A DNA stretch of 64,000 nt from the human T2T-CHM13v2.0 reference genome, Homo sapiens. A model generated the notes under the pieces. That model had not been told where the DNA came from, did not search any database, and worked only from the letters and a program-made list of their open reading frames with translations. Below are positions 50,536 through 63,899 of the stretch, piece after piece. The stretch lies in the NCBI RefSeq assembly GCF_009914755.1, contig NC_060934.1. One strand, given 5' to 3'. A program made the position numbers and the translations under genes. Numbering within the stretch: the stretch's first letter is position 1; each line of letters begins with the position of its first letter.

Positions 50536-52264
50536 CAAGCAACAGAAACTAATGGATTAACTAAAGCAAGAAAATGATTTTTTAGGACGGTAGGAATATT
50601 ATAGAAAAACGGGGGATTTGAGCAACCAGGTAGGCAACTCCAGGGCTCTCAGCAGTAGATACTGTGGGCTGTTTCTTGGTTCCAACTGCTTTCTGCCTCA
50701 GCATTCTCTGCTTGGTTCAAATTTCTGGGCGACAGAGTCTGATTGGTTTTTCTTAGTCACGATCCTCTCTTTTAGCTTAGGGAGGTGGTGGTGGCAAGGG
50801 TGACGGTACAGGAAGCAGCAGCAGCAGCAGCTGAGTCTTATGATTAACAGCCTTATTAAAATCAAATGGATGTGGGAGGAGAACTTTCCTAAGGGAAAAG
50901 GAGACATCAGTATTAGGAGAGGGGAAGGGAGGCTGGGCAAGCAGAAAGACCAGATGTCTATTACGGGGCTTTAGTTCCCATAACTTTAAGGTGGGGATCA
51001 TAATATCTGCCCTGCTTTATTCACTGTATTCTGAGAATCAAATGAGTTGAATGTAAAAGCCATAAATATAAAAAAGGAACCTTGAGATGTCAAATGAGTT
51101 TGACTCTGGGACTTGTGACATACAAGGCTGCTGCCATGCAATAAGGCAGGCTTCTGGGACATGTGAGAACTCTCATTCCAGTAGGTGGTTAGCCAGGAGC
51201 TGATGATTTTGGATGGAGTTTTATGGGACTTTTGGCTCTTTGAGACATCTCTAGAAGTAGTAAAGAGCATGATAAACTTGTATCTGTCCTTTCCCTTCTC
51301 ATGACCCCAACATCAGATCAGAGGTTGTAGATTGTAGGGAGGTCAGGCCATGCAAAGCAATTCTGTTGCCTCTTCTGTTTAGAAAATCACTATTTCAACC
51401 TATTCTGCCTCCTTCCCTCCTATGGAGTAGAGTATATAAATGTTATTATAGCAAAATAAGAGATTCTTAGGAAACAAGTAATCCAGTCCTTTTTCCTTTT
51501 TTAAATAGGAAAAAAATAAAGTGCCAGTAGAGGGAAGCTAATTTAAACCCAACCCCAAATCCTGAAAGCTATTGGAACTAGATGAATTCACAAGAACCTG
51601 AATTCAGGGATCGGGTTGTGGGATTGGAAGGTCATAGCCTCTGCAGAGTCTGATTTTTGGGTCAACGCAGAGCAGAGATTGTTTACCTGAAATCTATTTA
51701 ACTCAAGACTTATAGTGAGTTCTATTATTTCTTGACAATGACATAATTAAATAAATCAAAGTTTCCGTCGTTGTCTTCAACGTAAGGGAGGGATAAATCA
51801 AGCTAGCATCAGCTTTTCCCAAATCCTAAATGTATTTACCTTCATTTGGAATGACCACTTTGATCCAGTTGTGCTCTGTCACTGATCAGTAATTCCATCA
51901 GTACAATTTCATGTACATAAATCTTGAGCTCTGGGGAGGATGTGCTTTGTAAATCCACTTAGCTGTAAAGACAGAACATCACAGTGAAAGTGCGTTGAAG
52001 GAACAGTGGCAAACACCACACTATGGGTTTTTGATTAATTTAATGTGAAGGCAAAGAACAAATGTTAAAAGAAATTGTGTTCTAAATGCATTAGGGTCTG
52101 GGCTTCTCTGAGAACCAGGAATGGAAGATACACCCTCAAGCCTTCAATTCCTCAGACCCAGGCAGGAAGCTTATTGAGAGAGAGAGAGAAAAATGTGTCG
52201 AGGGAAAGATGAGAGAGCTAATAGTGTTATTTCATAGTTTATATCATTCATTTTACACCTGGGT

Positions 52265-52780
52265 GACTGGACTCATTCAGTTGATCACTGAATGAATGCC
52301 TATGGAGGGCCAACTGTGAGCTAGGTGGTGGGAAGCAAAAATAGGATATCTGCCCTGAGGACTTTACAGTTTAGTGGTACAGAGCAATGCTCACCGAAAA
52401 ACCACACAGTGAATGCAATACTGTCATTGCAAGAAGAGTTGTGAAAAGACAGAACATAATGCTGTTGGAAATTATAATGGGGGAATTGACTCATTGAGGA
52501 GGTCAAGGGTGATTTCCGTAAGGAAGACAGGATTGAACTGAAATTCAAAGGAAGAGTAGGAAGTAACTAGGAGAAGGGATTTGGAGGTGGGGGTGGAGAG
52601 GGAGGCTGTGTTTCTGGGTTTCAGAGGGCTGGTGAGTGTGCTATGAGATGGAGCCCAGAGGCTGGCAGGGTGAGACCATGCAGAGCCCTGTAGGTCAAGC
52701 CTTTAATACCCTCCTATTAGAGGGTATTAAGCAGGAAGTGATGTGATGAGATTTTCACTTTTGAAAAGGTCACTTCAACA
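52265..52780 (-). mobile_element. L2 fragment
   Basis: ctcattcag...tgaatgcctatg...ctgccctgaggactttacagtttagtgg...agaccatgcagagccctgtagg. Confidence 0.7.
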
Positions 52781-53489
52781 TAAGAGCCACAGCAATGACT
52801 TTGACATGGTAAGAGCCACACAAGAGGGGGTAGGAGGAGTCAGACTGAGCAGAGCATCAAGTGTCCTGGTAGACAAGAGGGAATCCAGGAACAAGGCCAT
52901 CCCAACCTGGGTTGAGCAGCCAAACACTAGAAAGAGCAAGACGGGAAGTGAACCTACTTCTGAGGCAGTGGCTAGTCCAGCCATGGACTTCCTATGTGCA
53001 GCTGCCCAGGAAGTAACCACAGATTAGACTAGGGGAATAGCTTCACCTGGTGGGAAAGAGGATTAAGAAAGTAGTGCTGGTTTTTAATTCTCCCTGTTTT
53101 AATTCTTGTCTCAGAGAAGCCATAGCCTGCCCCTCCTATAGTTCTCTTCTGATGAACTCTGTTTCTATTGTGGATCTAACTCTTATTTTATCATAGAAAA
53201 TGCCAAAAAATGTTAGCCATTATTACAGAGTATTTCAGGAGTTCAGAAGAGGAATTGTCTCATCCCTACGGGGAGCAGATAACTCTTGTTGAATGAAATT
53301 AAGGTGCCTTTTGAGCTGAGTATTGAGAGATGCTCCAATGGAGAAGTCAAGAAGTGCCCAGGAGACCACCAGGAGAAGGCAGGATATCCACAATTTAAAG
53401 AGGAAGCAGTCTGAGCAAACATTTAAAGGGAAATGACATTGTCTTTGAAACGGATGGTGGTCAGACATGGGATTTAGAGGCAGGAGGGT

Positions 53490-53710
53490 TTTACCTAAGA
53501 ACATAGACTGTGTGCCCAGACTGCCTCAGTGAAAATCTCAGCCCTGGCATTCCCTAGCTTTGTGACCTCAGGCAAATTCCTTTAGTGTTCTGTGGCTCAG
53601 TTTCTTTACCTTTAAAATAGAAATAAGATCAGATTATCTACTTTATAAGGTCATGATGAACACTAGATTTAGCATGTGGTAAGTACCATGAAAATTTGCA
53701 GTATTATTAT
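53490..53710 (+). mobile_element. MIR SINE
   Basis: ctagctttgtgacctcaggcaaatt...ctcagtttctttacctttaaaatag. Confidence 0.75.
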
Positions 53711-53829
53711 AGCAGTTGGAGGCCATGTTATAAACACAAGTGGAGGCTGTATTGTGAAGAGGTCAAAAGCCAGGCTGCAGAGTTGGCAAATATTGGGGAT
53801 TTTCCAGATAGCATTCTGTTTTTGATAAC

Positions 53830-56482
53830 TAATTTCATTCAAGTCCGGTTAGAGATATGCTCTTAATGACTTGAATCCTTTTAAATTTACTGAGACTTAT
53901 TTTGTGACTGAGGATATTAGAAAATGCTCCGTGTGTATTTGAGAAGAATGTGTATTCTGTCATTGTTGGGTTGAGTGTTCTATAAATGTCAATAAGGTTA
54001 AGTTGGCTGATAATGTTGTTCAGATCTTCTATACCCTTATTGATTTTTTGTCTACTTGTTTAATCAGTTGTTGAGAGGGGTGTATTAAAATCTCTGACTA
54101 TAATTGTGGACATGTGTAATTTCACCTTGCAGTTCTATTGGTTTTTATTTCCTGTATTTTGGATCTCTGTTATTAGGGCATACATATTTAAGGTTGTTTT
54201 ATCTTCTTGTTGAATTGATACCTTTATCGTTACAAAATGACTTTCTTTACCTCTGATAATATTTTTCAGCTTTAACATCTATTTTGTTTTTGTTCTACCT
54301 GTTACTTAGTAGTAATGCCACTCCAGCTTTTGTCTAGTGTCAGCATGATATATATTTTTCCATCTTTTTACTTTTAACCTTTTGGTATCTGAATATTTAA
54401 AGCATGTTTCTTATACACAGCATATAGTTGGGTCTTACTTTTTAAAAGTCCAGTGTAATAACCTGTACCTTTTGACTTGAGCATTTAGGTTATTTACATT
54501 TAATGTAATTATTCATATGATTGCATTTAAATTTGTCATTTTGCAGTCCTTTTTCTATTTGCTCCAATTCTTCACTGTTACTTTTATTCTTCTTTTCTTG
54601 CCTTCTTTTGGATTAATTGAATACCTTTTACTATTTTATTTTCTCTGTTCCTTATGATCTGTAATTCTTTATTTTGTTTTCTTGGTGTTTGCTTTAAGGT
54701 TTATGGTATACATTTTAACTTATCATAATGTATATTCAAGTGATATTATGTCACTTTACATATAGTGTAAAAGCTTGGCAGTAGTTCATGTCCACTTCTC
54801 CTTTTCTAATCTTTGTGTTACTGTCATGTATTTTAGTTGTACATATGTTATAAACCCCATGGTACATTATTATTTTTGTTTTAACCATCAATAATATCTT
54901 AAGAAATTTAAACAATAAGAAAAAAACTCTCTATACCCAGGATGTTACATTTTTGGTACTCTTCATGCTTTTGTATAGATTTATATTTCCAACTAGTACA
55001 ATTTTCTTTCTTCCTGAAGGACTTTCTATAAAATTGCTTGTAGTGTGGCTTTGCTGATTACAATTTTTTTTCTACTTTTGTGTATCTTTAAAAAAGTATT
55101 TCACCTTTGCTTTTGAAAGATTTTTTTTGACAGTTGACTTTTTTTTTAGTACCTTAAAGATGTTCCTCTACTGTCTATTTGGGTGAATTTTTTTAACAAG
55201 AAATCTGTAATTTTTAGTTTTGATCATCTATATTTAAAACACCTTTTTTTTCCTTTGGCTGCTTTTAAAATTTTATCCTTCTCACTGGTTTTGAGCAATT
55301 GGATTATGATATACGTTGGTGTAGTTTTCTTCATTTTCTTTGTGCTTGAAATTTGTTTAGATTTTTGGACTTGTGGGTTACAGTTTCCATCAAATTTGAA
55401 AAACGTTAGCCATTACTTCTTCAAATATTTTTATGTTTCCCCTTCTCTCTCCTCTCTTTTGTGATCTCCAATTACACATTTGTTAGGCCATCTAAACTCT
55501 TCCCACAGTTCGCTGATGCTCTGTTAATTTTCAAGATTCTGTTCTCTTTGTGTTTCATTTTGGATATTTTCTACTATGATATTTTTGAGTTCATTAATAT
55601 TTTTTGTTATGTTTAATGTGCTATTAATCCCTTCCATAAACTTTTTAATCTCTGATAATGTGATTTTCTTTAGAGATGGAGTCTTGCTATGTTGCCCAGG
55701 CTGGCCTCAAACTTATGGGCTCAAGCAATCTTCCCACCTCAGCCTCCTGAGTACCTGAGATTATAGGCACTTTGCCACCATGCCTGGCTTCTATAAATTT
55801 TGTTGAGCTTTGTACCGTGACAGAGTTACATAACTTGGAAACAGTTTGATTCTTTTGGGTCTTACTCTCGAAATATTTTTAGATGAGAGCAGAACCATGC
55901 TCAGTCTAGGGCTAATTATTTCGTGCTACCTTAGTAAGTCTTTTTGTGTGCTTTACCAGTGTTCCATGATTCTTGGGGTTTTGTGGTCTGACTGGGAGGG
56001 ACAGATATATCCTCAGTTCTGTATAAACATTACTCACTGTTACCTCTAATCTTCTCAGGTGATACTTCCCCTAGCCTCAGGAAGTTTCTGCAAACACATT
56101 TGCTGACCAGTGTTCAGCTGCGTATATGAAGGGACCACTCTGAAAATCTCTAGAGTTCTCTCTCTGTGGAGCTCTTTCCTCTCAGTACTCTTTCCGGTGA
56201 ACTCTGGCTGCCTTGGTTTCTCTGGACTCCCAGCTCTGTCTCCTCAATTCAGGGAGTCTGCCAGGCTCTGTCTAGTATCTCCAACTGGTATTGTAGCCTG
56301 GAAACTCACTTAAGGCAGTAAACTGGACCAATTGCAGGACTCATCCTGTTTGTTTCTTGTCTCTCAGAGATCACTGTTCTTCATTGCCCGTTCTTTGAAA
56401 ACCTTTATTTCCTACATTATATTCGTATTTGGTTGACTTAGGTGGGAGGATAAACCCTCTTATTCCATATTGGCCGGAAGTA
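53830..56482 (-). mobile_element. Old L1 (L1M4/MC/MD-like) 5'UTR, ORF1 and ORF2-start fragment
   Basis: T-rich reverse L1 (tttgagaagaatgtgtattctg, tataaatgtcaataaggttaagttggctgata, ctttggctgcttttaaaatttt). 5'UTR-like tail at 55800-56480. Confidence 0.8.
55663..55788 (-). mobile_element. FLAM_A-like Alu monomer
   Basis: tagagatggagtcttgctatgttgcccaggctgg...gccaccatgcctggc, a single ~125-bp arm. Confidence 0.85.
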
Positions 56483-56767
56483 TAAGTTTCAGACTGCAAA
56501 GTTTAAATCTCATTGTTTAGGCAATGCAGAAACATTAAACCAGGGGAATGGTGATCAGTTCTGGCTATCCAGAAGGCAACTCTAGTAGTGTTCAGCGGAG
56601 GAGAAAAGAGATTGGAGAGAGGGAGGCTCATGCAAAGCCATAACATGAGGCAATGAGGACCTGGAAAAGGCATGAATTTGAGAGACTCTGAAATCTGGGT
56701 ATAGAAAGTGTCCTGAAATAAAATGCAAAGGTCCAAGTTTGTGCAATAGAAACATGATGTAAAGTGC

Positions 56768-57128
56768 CATTGGCCTTCCATATCCATGGGTTCTGAATCC
56801 ATGGATTCAGTCAACCAAAGATTGACAGATATGAAGACAGAAAAAGATGCTTGTATCGATACTGAACATATACAGACCTTTTTCTTGTCATTATTCCCTA
56901 AACAATAAAGTATAACAACTATATACATAGCATTTAGAATGTATTAGGTATTATAAGTAACCTAGAGATGATCTGAAGTATACAAAAGGATGTGTGTACA
57001 TTATATGCAAATATTACACCATTTTTTATATAAGGGACTTGAGCATCTGAGGACTTTGTTATTTGCGGTGGGTTGGGGGCGGGAGGTTTGGGCTGGAACC
57101 AATCCCCATGAATACCAAAGGATGACTA
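56768..57128. mobile_element. Tigger3a (MER7A) non-autonomous DNA transposon
   Basis: ttggccttccatatccatggg...tcattattccctaaacaata...ggaaccaatcccc...ggatgact followed by TA. Confidence 0.88.
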
Positions 57129-58359
57129 TAATGTGTTATAAATCTGTAGCATTTTGTGTGTCCCTGCCAATACAAATTGAAGGCTGGGTTAAGGCAAAAA
57201 TTGTTGTTTCCCATAATGCCTTCCAAACACTAGGTGCCAAACACCCTGAGAACTGGGGAGTGTGGGACTCATCAGAGACGCCCCGAAAGGTCCTGCAGAG
57301 TCTGAGGTTTGAAATTTGTGGACTTAGATAACCTTAAGGACTTCCAAATGACTGTTCTTGTTTGGACAACATTTGAGCATAGTTCCTATGTGAAATCACG
57401 ATGTTTTATTCATGTGCACTTGGAAACTTTGTGAATAGCAGAGAATATTTTAGAATTCTAGAAAGCAAATCTCCACATGTGTTTATCACAGAGCTTTTGA
57501 GTTTTCAAGTCATTTTGGAATGAGAAATTTTTTCTTCTAAACCACAAAATCTAAATGCAACTGGGATCTTTACATTTGAACGTTGTATTTCCCCCAAGTT
57601 ACTGGTATGCCTAATGCTAAAATAATATATTTAGGATAATAAAGTAAAGTAGGGAATAAAAAAGCACAAGGCATAGTCAAATAAAATCAGTCTTGAGAAA
57701 ATGTACCATTACCACTTTGAAGGAGTTAAGCTTAAATGGAATCTCTTTAAACTTAGTATGGGAATGCTTGTTCAAGGAACAAAGATCAGAGAATATTAAT
57801 AAGTTTGTGTCAGAGAAAGGCTATTAGAAACCTCTGAGCCCTGGGAGAGCAGTTCTAGTTCTAAAAATACTCTTTCTATGATGGAAATGACAGTGGCAAT
57901 GGTGGGAGTTAGCACCTATGGCTGTGTGCTGGAGTCCTCTCAGGATGGAAGGCTGGGGCCAAAATTATGCCTGCACCTCGAATTCCTTTAGGCTTCAGAA
58001 TGACTGGCAGACCATCTCCCAAGATTCTTACTGATAATCCCAAGGGAGATCTCAAGGGAAATATAAACCCATTTACATGCAAACCCTTTCCAAAGCGAAT
58101 GTTGATCAACAACAAAAAGTGACCTTTCTCACTGCTTAAATTCAGGAAAAATGACCTGTTATTTCTCAAGCACTTGAGTACAATACAGCTACTAGGTAAC
58201 TAATTTTATTATGGAGAAGTGGTTGAATAAGGTGGCAGGAAAAAGGAGGAAGAATAGAGAACCTGGGTAAAACAGTGAGATGAAACTCTTATCACCTATG
58301 TGATATCTTTTGATGCTAGTATGGCAAATTGGCTCCCCCATTTTCTATATTGGAATATT

Positions 58360-58925
58360 AACTCCCCTTCCCATCTCTGTTGATGCTTTTGGAAACACAT
58401 GTTTGAAGGCTGCATGACAGCTCATGATGGTTACAGCTCTGTCTGTTTGAAAGGTCTTTCTTGTTTATTGGGGACCCTGTCCCATCCCTTATAGCCCTGT
58501 TAGGGTGAGTCAGAATCCCTTATCCCCACCCCTGCCAGAGGGAATGGTATGTGACCCAGGCTGGCAATTAGGAATTTCTTTCCTCATGCAAAGAATGAGA
58601 GGTGAAGGATGGGCACAGGGCCCAGATAGGACCACTGGGCTTTTCCCTGGGATGGATGTGTAGACATTGGGCAGAGAGTTCCACTTTGCACTAACGGTAA
58701 CTAAGTCAAGTTGCTGGCTACACAGAGTTGAGGGGAAAGAGGATGCCACAAGGGAAATGTGGGCAGCAGAATCAGAGTCTGTCTTTGTAATTATGTTAAA
58801 TACCCAAATGAGGCCTATTTCATGACAGATGGAAGATTTTAGAGATTGATGAATTTTTCCAACAGCTTCATAAATGCAGTCACTTACGTTTGATAAGAGT
58901 ATGCTTTCTATCACATGGATCTTAG
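58360..58925 (+). mobile_element. Ancient ERVL LTR (LTR33/LTR16-like)
   Basis: atgtgacccaggctggcaat...ggatgggcac. Boundaries are uncertain. Confidence 0.45.
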
Positions 58926-59749
58926 CTATCATTCAATTCCTTTCCAGGCCTCCTGTCAAAATAACAAATGACCTGTATCAGAAAAGTGCCAGCTGGCAGA
59001 GACCATCAACCCAGAATTTCATGACCACCAGAAACGGTAGTTGCAGGGGGGACCTGCTGCTGTTTCTTTCTTCCTCAGGATTTGGGTTTTCCTGCAGGAA
59101 AGTATCCCCTAACTATGTACACAGATAGTTCTAATAAGAAGCAATCTTCTTAAGCACTTGGCAAAGTTGAATGAGAATTGGCTACCCTTCCTGTGGTAGA
59201 CTGTTCTTTATAAATTGTGTTAGCTAGGAAGAAAATAGAAATCTCCAATTTCTCAGTGGCTGGAGTTGAAATCATCCTATAAATGCAAGATTGGCCAAAT
59301 CTATTACAGAACAGAGCAATGAGTGAGATTGTTTACAGTTTGATGTCAATTCTGAGTTTGTGTAGGGATGTGGTGACCATGGGCCAAAGTTTTTGATACT
59401 TCGGTAAAAGAGAACCTGTTAGGGATCACCAGAAGGACTGTGTGCTACTGGAGGAGAGACATGGATTCATTCTCTCCCCATTCTCATCAGAGACTAGAAA
59501 GTTTGCTCTGTTCTCCAGGAATCTCCCTTTTCTTGGTTAATTAAGCACTCCTGTGGGAAGCGTCTGAGGCTACGACCCAAGTCCATTGTCTACAAATAGT
59601 TATTATGAATGAGAAAGGCAGATTCTTCTATGTGTGCACACACATACTTATACACACATTGGAGTAATTTTCTCAGTGCATATCAGCATGGGGATGAATC
59701 AGAGAACTTAGAAGATGTCATAGAAAGCATTTAATACAGAGCTTAGCCA

Positions 59750-59957
59750 GTGTTTTGTGGAAATAGCTAGATAGTAATTACTTTAGGGCTTTCAGGCCGT
59801 ACTGACTATTGCAACTATTCAACTTTGTGTTGTAGTGTAAAAGCAGTTATACACAATACATAAATAAGTGGATGTGGCTGTGTTCCAATAAAACTTTATT
59901 CACAAAAACAGGTGGCAACTGGGTTTAGCCCTTGGGCCCCAGTTTTCTGACCGCTGG
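59750..59957 (-). mobile_element. MER58A MITE
   Basis: gtggctgtgttccaataaaactttattcacaaaaacagg. Confidence 0.85.
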
Positions 59958-61665
59958 TCTAGTCCTATGCCCTTGGTAAGGAAATTGAAAGTCAAAATGA
60001 TCTACCAGGCCATGTGGGTAATAACTGGCAGAGTTTAATCCAGATCTCAGACCCCTGAGTCCCAATCAATTTCATTTCCACTGCCTCATGCTCCACTGTT
60101 TTTTGCTCTTGAAGCCAACTAGGAGAGTTATCTAGTCCTCCTCTCTCTGAAGGGCTACACATAGGCACCAGTAGTAAATTCTGTATAACAGGGCTCCTCT
60201 ACTTAGGTTTGGTACCACCATCCTGGGTGCACAAGGCTATGTTTCCATGTGTGTGCCACGTGTTGGAAGCAGGGCTGTGTCAGGTGCCGCATAGGCTTTA
60301 AGGTAGACCCAATCCCAGAAGGTCAGCTCTAACATTAGCATTTGTCAGCAAATGAGAACAAGTGATCTAAAACACATCTTGTATCTGCTTATCTGAGTCA
60401 ACCTCAGAAACCCCACAGTCAATTTTGAATATACTTCTGCAAATTCTTAGAGAAAGATAATTCTACCTTCTAATGGAATGAGGTATGTTCAGGGCATTTT
60501 TCTGTGCCTTACTGCCCTCTTCCTATCTAATATACCTCATTGCCATCCCTAAAACCTCATTATTCAGTTATTTACCCTTTTTAGATAGTCAGACTCACTT
60601 ATCTCCACACCTTTAATCTTTATTTACTTGCTTGTGGCATTAATTATTTTAATCTTATCTCATGAATCACAACTCTCCTGATTTTGAGTTACTAGCTTAA
60701 CTTTGCACTGAATATTCTGATTCACCTTTATTCCAGAGGTGAAATTTAAGCTGTAAATAGCTACAGGAAAATGTGTAAGAGCTAAAATCCTTTTTGTTCA
60801 TATGTTGAAACTTTGCCTTATGAAATACTAAAAATATTTTATTAATTTAAGTATTGAAGATAAAATTGTATCCCAAAACTCATTTGGCCCATTTGATGTC
60901 TCTCTCAGCATAAGCTAAACAGGATTGAAATGTCATTAAACCCAATTCAGCTGCTAATTTGTTAGTGATTGTTTGGTCATAAAGAACAGTAATACAGCCA
61001 AACTAACTTAAGCAAAACACAAAATGAAATTTACTGGAAGAAAACTGGACACAGGCCACAGAAGGCTATGTGGGTATCTATAGGAACTCAAACTAGGAAC
61101 TGGCATGTCAGGGCCAAATTACCTTCCACGTCTCTGTGGGGCTCGGCCTCTTACCTCCTCTCATCTTTGCAGTTTCCAAAGAAACCGCACACAGCCTCGT
61201 CTAGCGTTCAGGACTCACAACTCCAAGTCTCCTCCTCTGAACCTTTTACCAGTACTTGTTAAACTAGACCTGTGAGACCTCTGGGCTCTGCAGGGGTGCC
61301 ACAGGGCATCCCCAAATACTCAAGAATTTATCTAAACCAGCAAACATGTAGACCATCTGGAGAATCCCTTCCTGTCTTATCTTGGCTTTGTCAGTTGAGG
61401 TTCCGTGTAAGAGAGGCATTTGAAAAAGAGGTTCTGCTGTCTATTTTGTGCTTCCATGGAACTGGTATTGAGAAGGATTGATTAAAACAACAAAAGAGTA
61501 AAAACTCTAAGTTGTGGGATGATAGTTTGGATAATTGTACTTTATTTGGTGGCAAATGAGTGAGTTGTCTTCTTTACCTTTAGAATGGGTTTCCTTTTAG
61601 TTCTTGGGACAAAAGAGTCCATTGGCTTTCTGGCTCTCGAAATCTGGGACAAGATGTGACTAAAG

Positions 61666-61887
61666 CAGGGATTGACAAAGTATGGTCCTCAGTCTAAATC
61701 CTGTTTTAATTGCCTGTTTTTTCAATAAAGTTTTATTGGAAAACAGCCATGCCCATTGATTTACATATTGTCTATGGCTACTTTTACATGACAATAGGAA
61801 AGATGAGTAGTTGTCACAAGGACCACGGGGCTCACAAGCTTAACATACTTACTATCTGGCCCTTTTCAGAAACTTTGTTGATCCCTG
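61666..61887 (+). mobile_element. MER58A MITE, complete
   Basis: TIRs cagggattgacaaa...tttgttgatccctg. Perfect 8-bp hAT TSD gactaaag on both sides. Confidence 0.93.
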
Positions 61888-62744
61888 GACTAAAGAGCTA
61901 AGACAAGAACTCTCTGACCTCAGTGGGTCACAGAGTGATGCCTCAGATGGCTCTGGAGTCAAAAGACAAGTGGTGGAAGAGTCTACAATGAGGAAATCAT
62001 TTAGAGACCCAACATCTCAATCTCATAGTGGAATCTGGCCATGGACTTGTTTCAAAGAATATTAATAAACTAGGCTCCACCCAATTTATTTGCTGTATCA
62101 AATGTTTTCAGTCTGTGCTGCAGTTCAAATAGTTTGACAAAAAATAAACAAGCTACTGGGGAGTGTGAATGATGACCAGGATCTGGGTGTAGCTTATTGT
62201 GACATTGTAAACTGTGGACTAAACAATTTCTTCTATTAAACATTGCTCGAACTGTTGAGCAGTTCTAAGTTAAAATCTGACAAAAACTAAAAAGAAAATA
62301 TGTGCTTGACAAATAATGAAAATACAACCTATAGGCAGAAAACTGCATGATTTAGAAAAGCATTTTGATATTTTTATATTCATTCCAGGATAAAGGAACA
62401 AGCCCAACTTGAGGCCGGCAGGAAGAGCCTAACTTGGTTTCCATGACAAAGTATAGCCACTGCTGTTTTATATTACCCCTTCGTAGATGCTGCCAAAGAA
62501 AGTGGAGTATCCAAGGGAAGATGTTATATTGGTCACCTCTTCCTTCTGGCACCTGGTTAGCACTCCCATTCCCTTTTTCCTCTTATCCAATTTTCATCTC
62601 TATGCCTTCATTTTAATTTGATCGGCCTCACATCTTATTAACCGTTTTTCCAAATGTCCCTGCAGTGGTTTACCTTTTAAATTGTCGTCTTTAAAGAAAA
62701 ACAAGCAACTTTGACACTCAAAGTAAAATATTAGCTTTTATGAC

Positions 62745-63042
62745 TGATATGGTGACCCGGTGGGAGGTCATTGAATCATAAGGGCAGGTCTTTCCCATGC
62801 TATTCTCATAACAGTGAATAAGTCTCACAAGATCTGATGGTTTTATAAAGGGGAGTTCTGCTGCATACACTCTGTCTTGCCTGCTGCCATGCAAGATGTG
62901 ACTTAGCTCCTCCTTTGCCTTCCACCATGATTGTGAGGCCTCCCCAGCCATGTGGAACTGTGAGTTGAATAAACCTCTTTCCTTTATAAATTACCTAGTC
63001 TCAGGTATGTCTTTATTAGCAGCATGAGAACAGACTAATACG
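62745..63042 (+). mobile_element. THE1 (THE1B-like) MaLR solo LTR with ~70-bp deletion near the 5' end
   Basis: tgatatggt|gacccggtgggagg...ctttattagcagcatgagaacagactaatac. Confidence 0.92.
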
Positions 63043-63069
63043 ATACCCATAGTAATGTCAATGATAATG

Positions 63070-63470
63070 ATATTAGTTATAACCTGGTAGCCATCATCTA
63101 CTGAACGTCTCTGATAAGTAAAACATTTGAAATACTTTATCTCACTTGATCATCATATCAGCCCTGGGAAGTAAATACAATTATAATTACTATTTTACTA
63201 ATGAGGAAATTCAGGCTTAGGGAGATTATATAACTTACAATAATTTATGTATTCCACAAATATATATTGGCTGACTGCATGTTCCTAGTATAGTGCTGGG
63301 TCTACCACCGTGAACACTTAGCCATGAAGTATGGAGTCTGTACCCCCGCAATGTAGACAGATAATACACAAACAACAATAAAAACACGTGATTCCAAAGG
63401 GGGATAAGTGTTCAGGAGGAAAAGGACAGGGTGCTGTGAAGAACAGTAAGAGGCTACAATTAATACATGG
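63070..63470 (-). mobile_element. Adjacent MIR (63070-63240) and L2 (63245-63470) fragments
   Basis: attttactaatgaggaaattcaggcttagggag (MIR); attccacaaatatatattggctgactgcatgttcctag (L2 end). Confidence 0.6.
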
Positions 63471-63871
63471 TGGTCTGGCCCCAAGTTTGTCTAAACTGAA
63501 GCCTGTCTCTGAGGACTATGTTCTTAATTGACCTTTCTGTCCTTCCTCTATGGTACAGCACAGCCTAGAGCTGGATGGATGGGACTTTGACATCCCTGGG
63601 CCTGTCCAATGTATCTTGCCAGCTGGATTTCTCAATTGTCTACTTTCATCTTGGTCTTCTTTGGGTATGGAGACCCTATAGTCTTTCCCAGAAGGCTTTT
63701 CTACTATTTTTTTCTTTCTCCTTTTTTTTTTAACATATGGGCAAGTCCCTTCCTTCCTGTGTTCTTCCCTCATCCCCTCCTGCCTTTCTTCCCTCCTTTC
63801 CTTCCATCATCTGTTTATATTACTTTATTTCTACCAAAAATATAATGTATTCAACAAATGTTTATCTTTAA

Positions 63872-63899
63872 TAAATTTATTCAATATTGAATAAATTTA
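63872..63899. repeat. Perfect 28-bp AT-rich palindrome
   Basis: taaatttattcaat|attgaataaattta with no spacer, inside a ~95-bp AT-rich tract. Confidence 0.95.

Noticed and set aside
50814-50831. (AGC)6 triplet repeat
   Set aside because: Too short and not in a supported exon.
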